Assembly: GCA_044892525.1 (NCBI GenBank) | Contig: CM097885.1 | Span: forward strand, 43,340,001 to 43,404,000 | DNA from: Schmidtea polychroa | Taxonomy: Eukaryota | Length of the DNA: 64,000 nucleotides | Direction: 5' to 3' | In this document: positions 13,101 through 27,100 of the stretch, in pieces | How positions within the stretch are numbered: the first letter of the stretch is position 1 | How the letters are laid out: each line of letters opens with the position of its first letter | Notes under the pieces: generated by a model | Told to the model about the DNA's origin: nothing | Databases searched by the model: none | The model's input: only the letters and a program-made list of their open reading frames with translations | Program-made: the position numbers and the translations under genes

Positions 13101-16100
13101 TCAATACATTCGAGCTCGAGAACATTGTAGACCAAAGGCCTTGACCCATATTAGTGAGCACAATAAGGGCTGTAAGATTAAAATAGGTATGTCAGATTTT
13201 AAAATTTTATTAAAAAATTTCGATAATTATTGGGAACGTGTGATTTGTGAGGCGTTGTTGATAAAGTCATTGAATCCAAAAATTAATGTGCAGAATGCAG
13301 TGAATACTTGTATTTTAAATGTTTTTAAATAATTTTTTTTCTTGTATATTGTATATATTGATTGTTGTGTTAAATTAAATAATTAATAAAATTTTTTAAA
13401 TTATTAAATTAAATTTTGAATGTTTAAAATTTTTAAAAATAATTAAATGTTTTATTAAATAAAAAAGTTTTTATATAATTAATAACTTTGTTTAAAATCC
13501 TTAATTTACATAGTTATTATATCCCACCTGATGATGACAGGAAAACTGCCGAAATATATCGTAAAAAGTATGTTTGATTGGCGTTATCTTATAATTAATG
13601 TATGTTTAATTATATATATTGACATTGTATTTATTAGAAAGCTTGACTATGAATCAGTAAATATATCGATGTTTTTGATATTCACGAATTTTCGGTAGAT
13701 AGATAGATTTATCACTTAAAATAATTTTGGACGCTAGACTATGGGATTATTGTCATCTTTTACATAAATAATCCCTACTATAAACATCAATTTATCTAAT
13801 CCTTGTAGCATGGTTCTTAAATGTTTTTGATGAGTAATGTAGTGTTTATTTGATTTTAGAATAAGAGACGACCAATACATTGTGCTTGTGTTAGTGGGAA
13901 TATTGAAATTGTTCAATTGCTGATTGATAAAGTATGCGATCTTGAGAGTGTCACCCAAGTAATCTAATGAAAAATGTCGGTTGTTTTCGTTTTTAATTGG
14001 ATTTTAGAATAAATGGAAACCTATACATTACGCTTGTGAGCGAGGCTTTGTTGAAATTGTGAAGCTATTGATAGAAAATAAATGTGATCCTGAAAGTGAA
14101 TCTGAAGTTCATTAGTTTGTTATTGATGATCTCTATAATTGCTAATCTAAGGATAACTGGAGGCCAATTCATTGCGCTTGTTTGAATGGCCATACTGAAA
14201 TAGTGAAGCTGTTAATCAGCATTTACCATTGTGATATCCACTGTAAAACTAAGGCAAGTTTTATTTTCTATTGATTATAATTGAAATGGAAATTAAAGTA
14301 TTTTCCCTATAAATGATAGTCAATGACTTGGATTGTATTGAATTTATTTAATCAATTTAATTTATTTTATTAATTAAATGAAATCAATATTTAATTTTGA
14401 TAATTTATAAACAAATTATAAAATCTATAAATTTTTAAATTATAAATATTTAATTGTTGAGATTCTTGTGAACTTCTTTGAACAAACCATTTATTATTAA
14501 AAAATATCAAGTTAAGAAACATTTATATTAATTAAAATCTTCTTTTTATCTAAATGAATTCAAGAATGAAATTATTTCTGAAACCAAATAAGAAGACAAG
14601 GAAGCTTATATGATGGGATCATACGCAGAGAATACAGAGTCTACAGTTGAAGAAACAAAGAAAGGAAAGAAATAATAGGTTTGTGTGAATTCAAACATGG
14701 AGAATTTGAATTTTATTTGATTAGTGAACCAGTTTGCAATTGGCCAGTTATTTTTCGATTTGAATTTTATTTTGAAAGCTTTTCTTATTGTGAATTAAAC
14801 ATGGAATTGAAGTTGTTATAAAATTAATACTGGAATGTAATAACATCATTAAACAAAAAAATTAATTTAAATGAATTATTATAATAAATGTAAACTCGGG
14901 TGAAGATGGGTACAACCGCTAGTACTTTATATTTAGGAGCCATCCCTATATTAATATTTTTGGATCTCTCAATGACATGTTCAGAACTAAAAAATAGAAA
15001 AACCCATTTAGGATGCTCTGATTTAAAAAAATCTTAGTACTATTCAAATTAGAATTTCATTAACACTGACATATTTAACCCTTTGATGACGAATTTAAAA
15101 AAATGAAATTTCTGTAACTTTAACGATAGAAATCAATTATATAGCTTGTTTAAAACGTTTATTGATTTCAAATTTTTCCTATGTTGCAAATTTGAAATTT
15201 GAGTGCGGAACATATATATCCATCCCACTAACTAAATGTATGGCAAAAACTATTATTGCATGCAGTTTTATAAAAAAAATATAAACATATACACAAAAAA
15301 ATAAATGTGCTTACCTTTTGATATAAATAATTCCAAAATTAAACAATAATATAGGCATTATAACCACTATTTCACAAAGCACATGCTGTAAACTGTGACA
15401 ACGAATGGAATAAAATGTTACGTTTGCTAGCCGGCCGAACGTATATTAACGAGTATAGACGAAACTAGTCGAAAATACTATAAACACGAGTGGGGCAAGC
15501 GTTGGTTGTAATAGCACAGAGAATAAGGCATCTATATATTTTTTTAAATTTGACTGGGAAATATATGTCCCGACAGTGGTCAAAGGGTTAAATACAACGC
15601 AATCAAACGTACAAATGAAAGGGAAAAGGTCTTTATAATTGGGAATACTTAATTTGTTTCTGGGAAAACGTATGGCATGCAGAAGCACAACTGGTCCAGG
15701 CAGGAAAAACACATAGATGCTATATCATAGATGAAAATAGTCAAATATACTACGTATTTACACATTCTGTCAAGGCACATCCTTTCCCCCTCATACACTC
15801 AAAATCTGCCAAATACAACCTCCAATATTTCACATCATACGTAATATTTAGATTATACATTAGCTTACATGTTTGTTATTCATTGTAAAGATAAACTATT
15901 ACCACTAGTATGGAAAATAATTTAATTTTCCTTTAACTATCAATGGTATTTAAACTTAATATATTTAGGATGGCAATACACCTTTAAATATTGCTCATAA
16001 ACAGGGTCATGTAGAATGTATGGAATATCTCAATAGCGTTATACGAGACATGAGAAAGGTAAAATTTACAAGTATTCAAATATTTAATTTTCCTAGATAT

Positions 16101-18017
16101 TTGACTCGGTAAAAAACAATGATCCGGTTGCGTTTCACGAGCTCTATAAATACGATATACTTACTCTTCTTGAATACCCGGTTCGTACTTTGCCGATATT
16201 AATGACTTTTTCAACAATCATTCTAGACTGGACTTTCTATTGTTGATGTAGCTTTACAAACAAAGGCTGACAAAATTATTGATTATTTGAAAACCAAGCC
16301 CCCCGACCAAGATGTAAAAGAAATTAACTGTCATATATTTTCAATTCTATATATTATTTGATAGGAAATAAAGTACTTAACGAATAATCGGAGAATTACC
16401 AAACAGATATCGACATATCGAACTGTTATGGAAGTAAGTGTGCATTATATTGATAAGACAAATGCATTCTTTACTTTACCTTTTAATAATAATTTAACCC
16501 CAAAGAGTAACCAATGAGTCCATGAATTTATTCCCGAAATTGAAGTATCTAATTATACTTTAAATTAAAGAATAACTGTGTATAATGATTTTTTAGGGCT
16601 GCGGAATTTAAAGATTAATTCATCGATTGTTTTACCGATCAAATTTCTGTTTAACTATTAATCTGTTTCAAATTTACTACATAAATTATTTAAATATTGA
16701 TATATTAGAGCTTAATTTAAATTTTAGATATTTTGATAAACAAACAGTTATTAAGAACAGTAAAATGGCGGAGAAGACACGATTTATGAATTATAAACCT
16801 ATATCAGGTCGATTACATGAACATTTTGCATTTAAATTGTTGATTGACGGTAATATCAAAATGCGAAAAAATCACTATTGCATCCATTGCCACAAATCAT
16901 TCGTTTGCTTACTTACCATTTTAAAAACAAACACTCGCTACAGTATTCGAAACTTCAACCCTCAAAGTCAGCTTACAGCTGCATCTTCAACACTTCAAAA
17001 TACAAAATTTAAACTACAATGCCGCTGCACTATTGACAAAATATTGTCTGATATTTATAACAACAAAATTTAAAGTGTTAAAGAAGTAGTGAAAAACTCA
17101 AAGGTAATTGCGCTAGCGTATTATTTTTGACATCCATAGCCAATGCAAATTACTGGTATCACCAGCCATTAGATTATTGATGACTGAAATTTGATAAGTG
17201 TCCTTGAATGTGTATATGTTGTTGAATGCCACTATTTTAACAATGTTGTTGAGTTAATTTGCAAAAGCTGGGACCTAATAAAGAAGATTCTAGTAAGAGA
17301 CTACTTGTTGGGCAATGAAAATATGTGGCATGCAGCTGTGTTACTTTTTTCACAAAGTACATAACTGTAAATGATGATGATCCAGGTTATATAGCAAGAT
17401 TTAAGACAGCTTTTGTCAATGACTTCAGCGAACGTGTAGCTGATATGAAAGTATTAAAATATTATACATTACAACAGCATTTAATTCACGATATAAAAAT
17501 GTTGATCAGTTGAAGACTAATGCACAAAATGACAATAAGACTTTATGTGAACCTAATAATGATGAAATTTGACTCGGAAGAGTGTATCGAGACCACTTCT
17601 GATGAAGTATGGTGATATAAAATGGATTAAAAAATTGCAGAGTCAGATGATCCATTACAACAGTAGAAACTTATTGAACATCAAAATCCTAAATTGGAAT
17701 TTTTTGCGAGGACTGTAGTATGATTGTATGGATTTATTCAGATTTTAATATTGGAAATTAAATTTAATTCGAAATGTGTTTTAATTTGATTAAAATGGAA
17801 TATTTTGTTAATTATTTTGTGAGAGAAGAAAGATTAAATCAGAGTGGAAGTTAAAAAAGAAAGACTTGGTAATTTTTTTTTGTATTGGAGTGATCAGGAA
17901 CTATTTTAGGTCAAAATATTTCATTTAATGAATAAAAATTATCGCTTATATAGTTATTTATTTAAATTATATTTTAATAATTGATTCCGCTATCGACAAA
18001 TTAATTTTAAAGTTTAT

Positions 18018-18101
<84 letters not shown>

Positions 18102-18102
18102 A

Positions 18103-18135
<33 letters not shown>

Positions 18136-21100
18136 GTAAGATTTCGGATGATGGTGAAAATAAATAAATAAGGGCTAATTCTAGTGTTGAATACATAATT
18201 ATCGCATATAATCGATTATAATCGATCTTCACAATATTTTTTGAACTGAATATTTGAAATAATATTTTTTTAAATTAAAGAAAATCATTAGAATTGTAGA
18301 ATGAACTTTATTTATCATATATCATTTTTTACCGTTTTTATTGATTTTAAATATATCTTTTCCCCAATTTAGTCCGTCCTATATAGGTTTGTATTGGCTG
18401 AAGAATTTAGAGGGTTTTACAGGAATATTTCGGCTAATATCGTTAATGGCCCTCATGAATTTGTAAGATAATTCCAGAGAGTTTTGTGTATATTTTATAT
18501 ACTATTTAGCTAAAAACTTCATTTGTTGAACTATGCGCTGAAGTAGAAAATGGAATGTTTTTGAGAGAAGTTCTGATTCGTTGCCTTTATAATGAACAGG
18601 TTAGATAAAATTGTTAAATAAACTATAAAATATAATAAAAAATACAATTACATATTTCAATTGTTAAACAAGTAAATGATAAGGTATTTGCTGTGACATG
18701 TGTCTTTTCATTGGTTTGAAATTTAAATTTTATTATTTTAAATTTTACTCCTAAAAGTTGTTAAACTCAATTTAATTATAAATATTTATATTTTAAAAAT
18801 TAAAAACATCTTTAAAAACCACTAATTTTAAATTAAAGATGCTTTAAAAATATTACAATAAATTTTTTACGAATTTCTAAAAATCTGATCCTAATTCACT
18901 TGAAAAAAGGTATTGTTGAAAATTCGTGAATATCAAAAACATCGATATATTTACTGATTTTTTAATAAATAAAATGCTTTTAAAATAGTTTTTGTTTTTT
19001 TATTTTTTGATTAGAAATAGAAAGCTTTGATAAACTTTCAGTAATTTTAAATTTGACTTAATTTTGTGTTTAAAAAGATTGTTAGAACGATAAAGTGCAA
19101 GGCATATTTTCGAATAAATTTATTCTTTTTTCTACTTTTTAAATTTTAACTATTTTTTTCGATTTCTGATATTATTCTGAAAGAAGAATTTATATTTGTT
19201 AAATAATTCAAAGTCTGGTGAATTTTAATATCTATTTTATGACATAACAGTTCAAGTATTTATTTCTTAGGATCGAAGACTATTATGTTTGAACTATTAT
19301 AAATGAACATGAAATATGAGACATGTTTCAGACATACAATAACATACACATCAAACCATTGAAATACACACTTGATAAAGATTGTGCCGAAATATTGTGT
19401 TTCTTATATTATTGTTTTGATCTAATCTCATAAATATAAATAATGAAACTATTGAATTAAAATAAAAGATCAAAGGTGAACCCAAAAGATAAATATGATA
19501 ATCAAATACAAAATTATATAAGCTTTACACAAAAATAGGAATAATTCATTTTTTAAATATCACGAGATTCCTCCAGAAACTCTATCACTATTAACACGTT
19601 GACGGACACTTGCGTCTATAGCCGTCAAAAACGAAACGGTTGTTTTTAGACACTGCGGCTATTGCTTATTTGAGCCATTAAACCTGTCATTTACATTTTT
19701 AAATTACCTTATTAAAGGTGCTAAATTAATCAAAATTAAGTTTATTTAAGCAGAAAGAGTAAAACTATACTTCTAATATTCTAAAAATTACAAAAACATA
19801 TGGTGTCAATTTTCGAACTCCACTTGTTCCTACTGTCCGTCAATGTGTTAAGAACCAAAATATTTTCTCTGTATGTTTGTGTATGCTTCTGAAATACCGA
19901 ATATAGGTCGGTTTTATTTTGAATTTAATAATTTTATTATAGTTAATTATTTTTTTGTTATATTAGTTTTAATAAATAAAACTTATAGGAATGGGAAAGA
20001 GCGAGAGAAATTGCTCTAAAAAATGGTTTCTTAGAAATAGAATCTGATATTGAAAGTAGACAATCATTATTAATGTCAAGAAAAAAAGTAAAAATTCGTT
20101 GCCTATTTTATTTGTGTATGTGCTTATTTATAATACAAGGCAAATGTGTCAATTCTCCACACAGCTATTTATGACAATAATGTGGATATGGTCACGTATA
20201 TTCTTGAAAATCGTCTGGTGGATAAAAATGTCACTGATCCGGTTCGATTATTTACAATTAACAATGACAAATTTTTCTTTTCGCCTTTAGACATTTGGCA
20301 CTGGATTAACACTTGCGTATACTCTTGCCCAATCGCGCGTTATAGATACTTTACTTAAATATGATGTTGATGTTAATATTCCAAATAAAGTTAGATTAAA
20401 TGAAAGTTAACAAACGTAATTTAAACCCTGGTATTTGCTTTTAGTATATGCAAACTCCTATATGTATTTGTATGGAGAACCAGTTGACTAAAAATTTCGA
20501 ATACATGGCCGACAGACTACGGAACATCAATGTTCCTGGACACGTAATTCGTCTATAAATAATAAATTTGGTGGAAATTTAGTCTGCTTTTAGTTGGGTT
20601 TTACTGTTTTACAGTATGCAGTCGTTTGTGGGTATCCTGACTTCTGTGAATCATTGATGACAAGGAAAGCCAATTATCTTGTTGATGTCGAGGTAATTAA
20701 CACTTTTAAAAGAATACAAATTTCATAAATCACATTTTTTCTTTTTCATTGTTCTTTTTATATTATATCAAATCAACAAAACAAAATATTGATTTAAAGT
20801 TTACAAAAGAATTATAAAGGAAATCATCCTTTGGAAATCTAATCAATTTTAATGATGAACAAATATTTCATCTAATGATTTCATACCGGGATCCCGGGAT
20901 ACCGGAATATTTTTTAATACCGTATTACTGGTATTACGGTATTAGAAAAGTTTGAATTTTTTAATCGATAAAGATAGTGAAACATTTTACTTTTTACTAC
21001 TATTTCGATAAAATAATAGGATAATTTTATGTTGACTTGAAGTTGTAATGAAAAAAATATTGTAAAATACCATATAACATCTGTAGCTTACTTCACAAGT

Positions 21101-24100
21101 GTTGTTTTTGGATTTTTTAATGCGTGAAAATTATAATATGAAATAAATTTAATTAAGGCAAAACTAGTGAAACGTAGAAATTATTTTATTCTATTGAATT
21201 TGGTAAAGTTATTAGTGTTTACAAAAGAAGGTATTTTCATTAAAATATTTCTTAAATTATTAATTATTAATATTTTTTATGATGAAATCTTTCAGCAATT
21301 TTCATTAGAATTGATTTTATGCAAATCATTACACCATAATTATGTATTTGATTTGCTGAAGGTAAATAAATATATTTAAAATATATTTAAATTTTTATTC
21401 TTTGAATTTCACACTAATTATACAATTTTCATTTTATATCCCCCATAGGAAATATGGAAGAAAGAGCAGTTTATTAAGAAGTCAAAAGCCAGTGCAGTTC
21501 AGTGTGGCTACATTTTTTGAGAGAGAAAAATGGAAAATCAGTATAATGTAAGATTGAGAGATGTGGTACTATTATCAAGATTTTAGGAGGATCGACGAGT
21601 GGTTTACATACACATTTGAAGACAAAACATAAAATCAACACAAAGAAAACACCCAGCTCTGAGGAAAATGTTGAACAATCGCCAACAGTAATTAAAAAAA
21701 ACAAAGATCATGGACAAGTTGAGCATCTGCTTCGATGAGTACACTTCTATAAAGAACAGAAGATATTTCAACATTATTTTATTCGGAAGCCAAAGTTTTG
21801 GAATATTGGTCTGGTTCGAATAAAAGGAAATTTGCCGGCAGATAAATGTTTGGATCTTGTTACCACACGTCTTGCAATTTTTGGATTAAGTTTAGATTAT
21901 GATATAGTGTCAATCACTACTGATGGAGCTGCTGTAATGAAAGACTTGGTACCCTAGTACCGTGCTATCAAAACTTGTGCCTAGCGCACGGTATACAATT
22001 AGCTGTTATTGACGTTTTGTATAAGAAAAGAACTTTTGATAGCTGCGATCCTACAGATTATGAAGCAGAAGTTTCTGATATCGAGGATGAAGAAAATAAC
22101 GACAATGATGAAGATAATTCATATATTATTGATAAAGAGCAAGAACTAATAGATATGAACAATTTCAACGGAACAATAAAAGAAGTAAGACGAATAATTA
22201 AGATATTTAGGCGATCTCCAACAAAAAATGATATTTTACAACAATATTTCGTCAAAGGACATGGTGGAGAGTTGCAGCTTCTTCTGGATTCCAAGACTCG
22301 CTGGAACTCGATTATTATAAGGCTTGAACGTTTTTATTTGCTAAAAAATTTCATAAAGAAATCGTTGATTGACCTTCATAGCGACATAGAGTTAAGTGAA
22401 TTAAATAATGAAATAATATCAACTGCAATTTCAGCCCTATCACCCGTTAATTCCGCTGTGAATGCTTTATGCAAAAGTGAAGCAAATCTTTTAACTGCAG
22501 ATCCGACATTGTCATTTACCATTAATAGCTTGCATAATGATAATGCGATATCCATAGCTCTAAAAGAAAGTCTCACGCGTATTTCAGAACGTCAGACATT
22601 TTTATCTAGTGTCTTGGATTATTTAGATTTTGGAAGGATAATCTCAAAAAATGTTATTTTTCCTAAAGCTTCTCAACAAACGATATTAAATATCGTCTCA
22701 AATCTCTTGGAACGTTTGTCAAATCAATCTATTAATGATGAACATGAATTATCCGAAAATGATTCTGATTCGGAAATATCTTTAGCAGAAATTAACAAAA
22801 AATAGCACCAGGATATTACACAGCAACTTACTAAGGAAAAATTAGGCATGCATATTCATGATTTAAATAGAATGGAATAATTAAAAAGATAACTTACAAT
22901 GTTTATTGATACCGATTATCGAGGTTCTTTTTTAACTCTTGTGTATGAACATCTGTTGACAATAAAACCAACAAACGTTGATTCAGAAAGAGCATTCTCT
23001 TCAACAGCAAATTTCTGTAATAAGCTGCGTAACCGTCTGAATGATGACTTGTTGGATCATTTATTTGGATATTTTTTTTATTTTTGTTAAAATAAAAAAT
23101 GATTTTTTCTATGAACATCCAATACCGGGATCCCGGTAGTGACTTTTTCAATACCGTATTATCGGTATTGAAATTTTGGTTCGATATTGAAATCACTAAT
23201 TCTGATCGCTTTTGGATTAGAAAAATGAAAAACTCAACAAATTTCAAAACATCAGCGATAGTCTTGATAGTCTTGAAGTTAAATTTCATTTTGTTGAGGA
23301 TACCTAAATAACAAATTTATGAATAAATAAATAAAATTACCTAGGGGAAGATCATCATGATAAACGGCACGATCTATGAAAACTCAGAAAAGAAAACGGG
23401 AGTAAAAAGAGATGAGAAATGAGTAAGAGGAATGAAACAAAAGAAATTAAACAAGAAAACAAAAATCAAGGTTAATACTAATTAATTAGTACAAAGAAGA
23501 AAAGGAATTTCAAATTCTAGAAAAACAAAATAGGGGAAAAAGCCGTATCTTGGCAGCTTGTCAAAGATAGCGGAATTGCCGGGAGAATGTTGTTTAACAA
23601 AAAAGGAAAAATATTTCGACAACTGTCAGAGATAAAATTGGAACAGTCGGGAAACGCAGGAGAAAGAAAGTGAAAAAAACATTTGATTATCTCCAGTGCC
23701 ACAAATAAAGCAAGCTATATAAAGAAAAACTTGTGGACATAAAATTGACATAAAACTGAGACAAAATTAGAGACGAGACCGAGACAGCAAGAGAAGAAAA
23801 CGACAGTTAAAAGGAGTTAAATTTAGAGAGTTAAAAAGGAGAATCAAAGGGAGAATTAAACAGAGTTCAGAACAGAGTGTAACGAGAAGTGACGAGAATC
23901 TTTTGTAAAATTGAATATAAAGTGGAAGTGGAGTAAATAAAATGGTCAAAGCCAAGAGAACAATCGATCAACGTACCCTGTAATTGAGTGATTGACGGCT
24001 AGTGATTATTGTTGTAAGGGTTATTCTTCACGTAGTGTCGAAATAAGCTGTGTATGATAAATTGGTTTATAGTTAACCCTTTAACCACCGAAATTGAAAT

Positions 24101-27100
24101 ATTCAACTAGCAAATATTCAACCAAACTGACCTGTCATGAGCAAACCACGCGACTGAACGTGTTCAAATCTGTTTCTTGTGGTGGGGAGTATCACAGACG
24201 AAAGACGGTCTTAGTTTTTAGAGCGCAAAAATTTTTCAATTTAAACTGAATGATGATTTTATGATGACCGTCTGTATACGGTTTTAGTGGTTAAAGGGTT
24301 AATTGGTTGTAATTGGAATTTGTACGATCCAGTGTGAATATTAATGTAATAATATTAAAGAATTAATATTATTATTCTTGTTTTAATTTGTGTTAATAAC
24401 AATAAAATATAAATTTGAATTTAGTCACTTTCTGAATTGTAACAATGGCGTCGTGAGCAGGATTTCCAGTATTAGATCTCACAAATGCAGATCAATGTCA
24501 AACATGGATGATGACATTCAGTGCAATGACTCGAATTAACAAATGGGTTGATTCGGATAAACAGAATGTAATAACAGACAATTTCATTGCCGTATGCGGG
24601 TTCGAGGCCCTTGGCAAAGTCATATCAATGTTGTCTCCGAGAAATATTCAAACAGTCAAATACGAAGAAATCGAAAGAACTATAAAATCGTTCCTACAAC
24701 CAAAGACAAGACTAGTGATAGCAGAAAGAAATAAATTTTTCTCATTAAAGCAGAAGGAATCAGAAGGAATCAGCGATTTCATTCTCAGACTAAGAAAGGG
24801 AGCCGAATTCTGTCAATTCTCAAAACTAAAGGAATCAACAAATCCGACAGAAGACATGATTACAATGTCACTAATTTCAGGATTACATGACAGTGAATCT
24901 AAAAAGCGTTTGTTGGAAAAGATAGGCCATTCGGAACCAAGCGTCGACGACATCAAAGAGTTCGTTCAAAACATGGAGCAATTGAAAAGCTTCATCAACA
25001 AGAACGTAACCCCTGCAGAATCAGAAGAAGACAACAAGGAGCTACACTATATCAGAAGAGAGCAGAAATCAATAACAAAATGCAAGTTTTGTGGGTCAGA
25101 CCACGCCCGAGGAAAATGTCCAGCTTTCGGGAAAAAATGCCTAAACTGTTCAAAACCGAATCACTTCGCAATTGTATGCCTATCAGGGCAGAACAAACAA
25201 AATAAGCATGTGAATTCCGTTATAGAAAGCTCTACAGAATTGGACATAGGATCCATATGTGCAGTAAATTCATGTCACAAAGAATTGGTAAGCTGCTTAA
25301 TAAACTCAAACAAAATTCAGATGCAAATCGATACGGGAGCAGATGTCTCTATAATTTCGTCGAAACTTTGGAAAGACTTGGGTGAACCGAAGTTAAAATA
25401 TCATAATATGAAACTCACAGCCTACGACGGTCACATTATGAAATGCCTAGGTTACTTCACAGCAGAAGTAGAAACGGAAAAAAGAATTCATGCTATCAAG
25501 TTAACAGTTATTGAATCAGAGAAATCATATGGATTGTTGGGACAAGATATTATTGAAGATACTATGACCATCAATTCAGCAACAGCAAAGAATAAATCGA
25601 GCAACTTCCTTCCAAGTATACGAGGTGTACAGGCAAAAATGGAACTCTTAAAAGATGCTAATAATTTCTTTTGCAGAGCAAGACCAGTACCGTTAGCATT
25701 AGAGAGCAAAGTCAACGCTGAGCTCCTACGCCTAGAAGAAATGGGTATAATCTCCCCTTGTCGCGATCCAGTTGCCAATTGTTCACCAGTGGTATGGATC
25801 AAGAAAGACAATGGGGAATTGCGCATGTGCGTTGATTTCAAGGTCCACGTAAACCGTAAGATTAAAACTGAAACGTATCCTCTGCCAAATATTGAGACTA
25901 TTTTTGCCCGTATGAAGAATGCAAAAAGATTCGCAAAGATAGATCTGAAATCGGCATATTGGCAAATTGAACTAGACAATAATGCAAGGCAACTTTCCAT
26001 CATAAATACCTCGAAAGGTCTATTCTACGTCAACCGACTACAAATGGGTATGAAGAACTCATCTTCTATATTCCAGAGAACAATGGAAGACATACTAGCC
26101 GATATAAAAGGCATTTTAATCTATCAAGACGATATATTAGTCTTTGGAGAGAATGACGAGGCTCTAAAAAAACGATTAGAGGCGGTAAAGCAAAGATTAA
26201 AAGAAAAAAAGATTACAATAAACAAGGACAAATCAATCGAATATGTCGACGAAATAACGTTCCTCGGATTCAGTATTTCAAGCCGAGGCATCCAACCGGA
26301 CCAAAAGCTGGTCAATAAAATACAAGATATATCAGTGCCATCCAACAAAAAAGAAGTTGAAAGTTTTATAGGCTTAGTAAATTATTTCGGCCGGTTGATA
26401 CCACAATTCTCGAATAAAATATCACCGATAAATAACCTCCGAAAAAAAGAAGCTCAATTCATATGGTCAAAGGAATGTCAAGAAAGTTTTGATAAGCTAA
26501 AAACGGAACTAAGTTCCCATCCCATAGTTAGATCGTATTGTCTAAAAAAGAAGCAACATTAACTACAGATGCATCGAAAGAAGCCATAGGAGCAGTCCTC
26601 ACACAAGAAGGACATCCAGCTTTCTAAGCCACTTTCTATTAGGGCGAAAATTTACATTACAAACTGACCACCGCCCGCTCATATATTTATTAGGAAGTAA
26701 TCAAGCAATACCGGATCATACTTCTTTGCGAATTACGAAATGGGCTTTAAATCTGATGCAATATGATTACATCATTACACATGTTCCAGGAAAAGAAATT
26801 ACTCATGCGGATGCATTGACGAGATTACGATTTAGTAATCAAGCGGTCGATTTTAAGACATTGAGCCATGCTAGAATGCACAGTGTCGTCTTTCAAACAA
26901 TTTTAAAACCCCAAGAAGTAAAAAGTGAGCTACAATTAGACACTCGTATACAAGGAATTATGAACAGGGTAAAACGTGGAAAATGGTCAAAATGCAGTCA
27001 GTATGAATCCTCATTTAAGGCGGTTTCAGCATCTCTCACAATCGAAAATGGAATGCTATATAAAGGATCTCGTCTATTCATACCAGAACGTTTAAGACAA

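Noticed and set aside
18365..18440. KYSC...TYIGRT on the - strand, resembling a GIY-YIG start
   Set aside because: Too short and interrupted by a stop to call confidently.
25488..26348. Antisense ORFs over Gypsy pol (similarly over the hAT, MULE and pPolB ORFs)
   Set aside because: Shadow frames of genuine coding sequence on the opposite strand.
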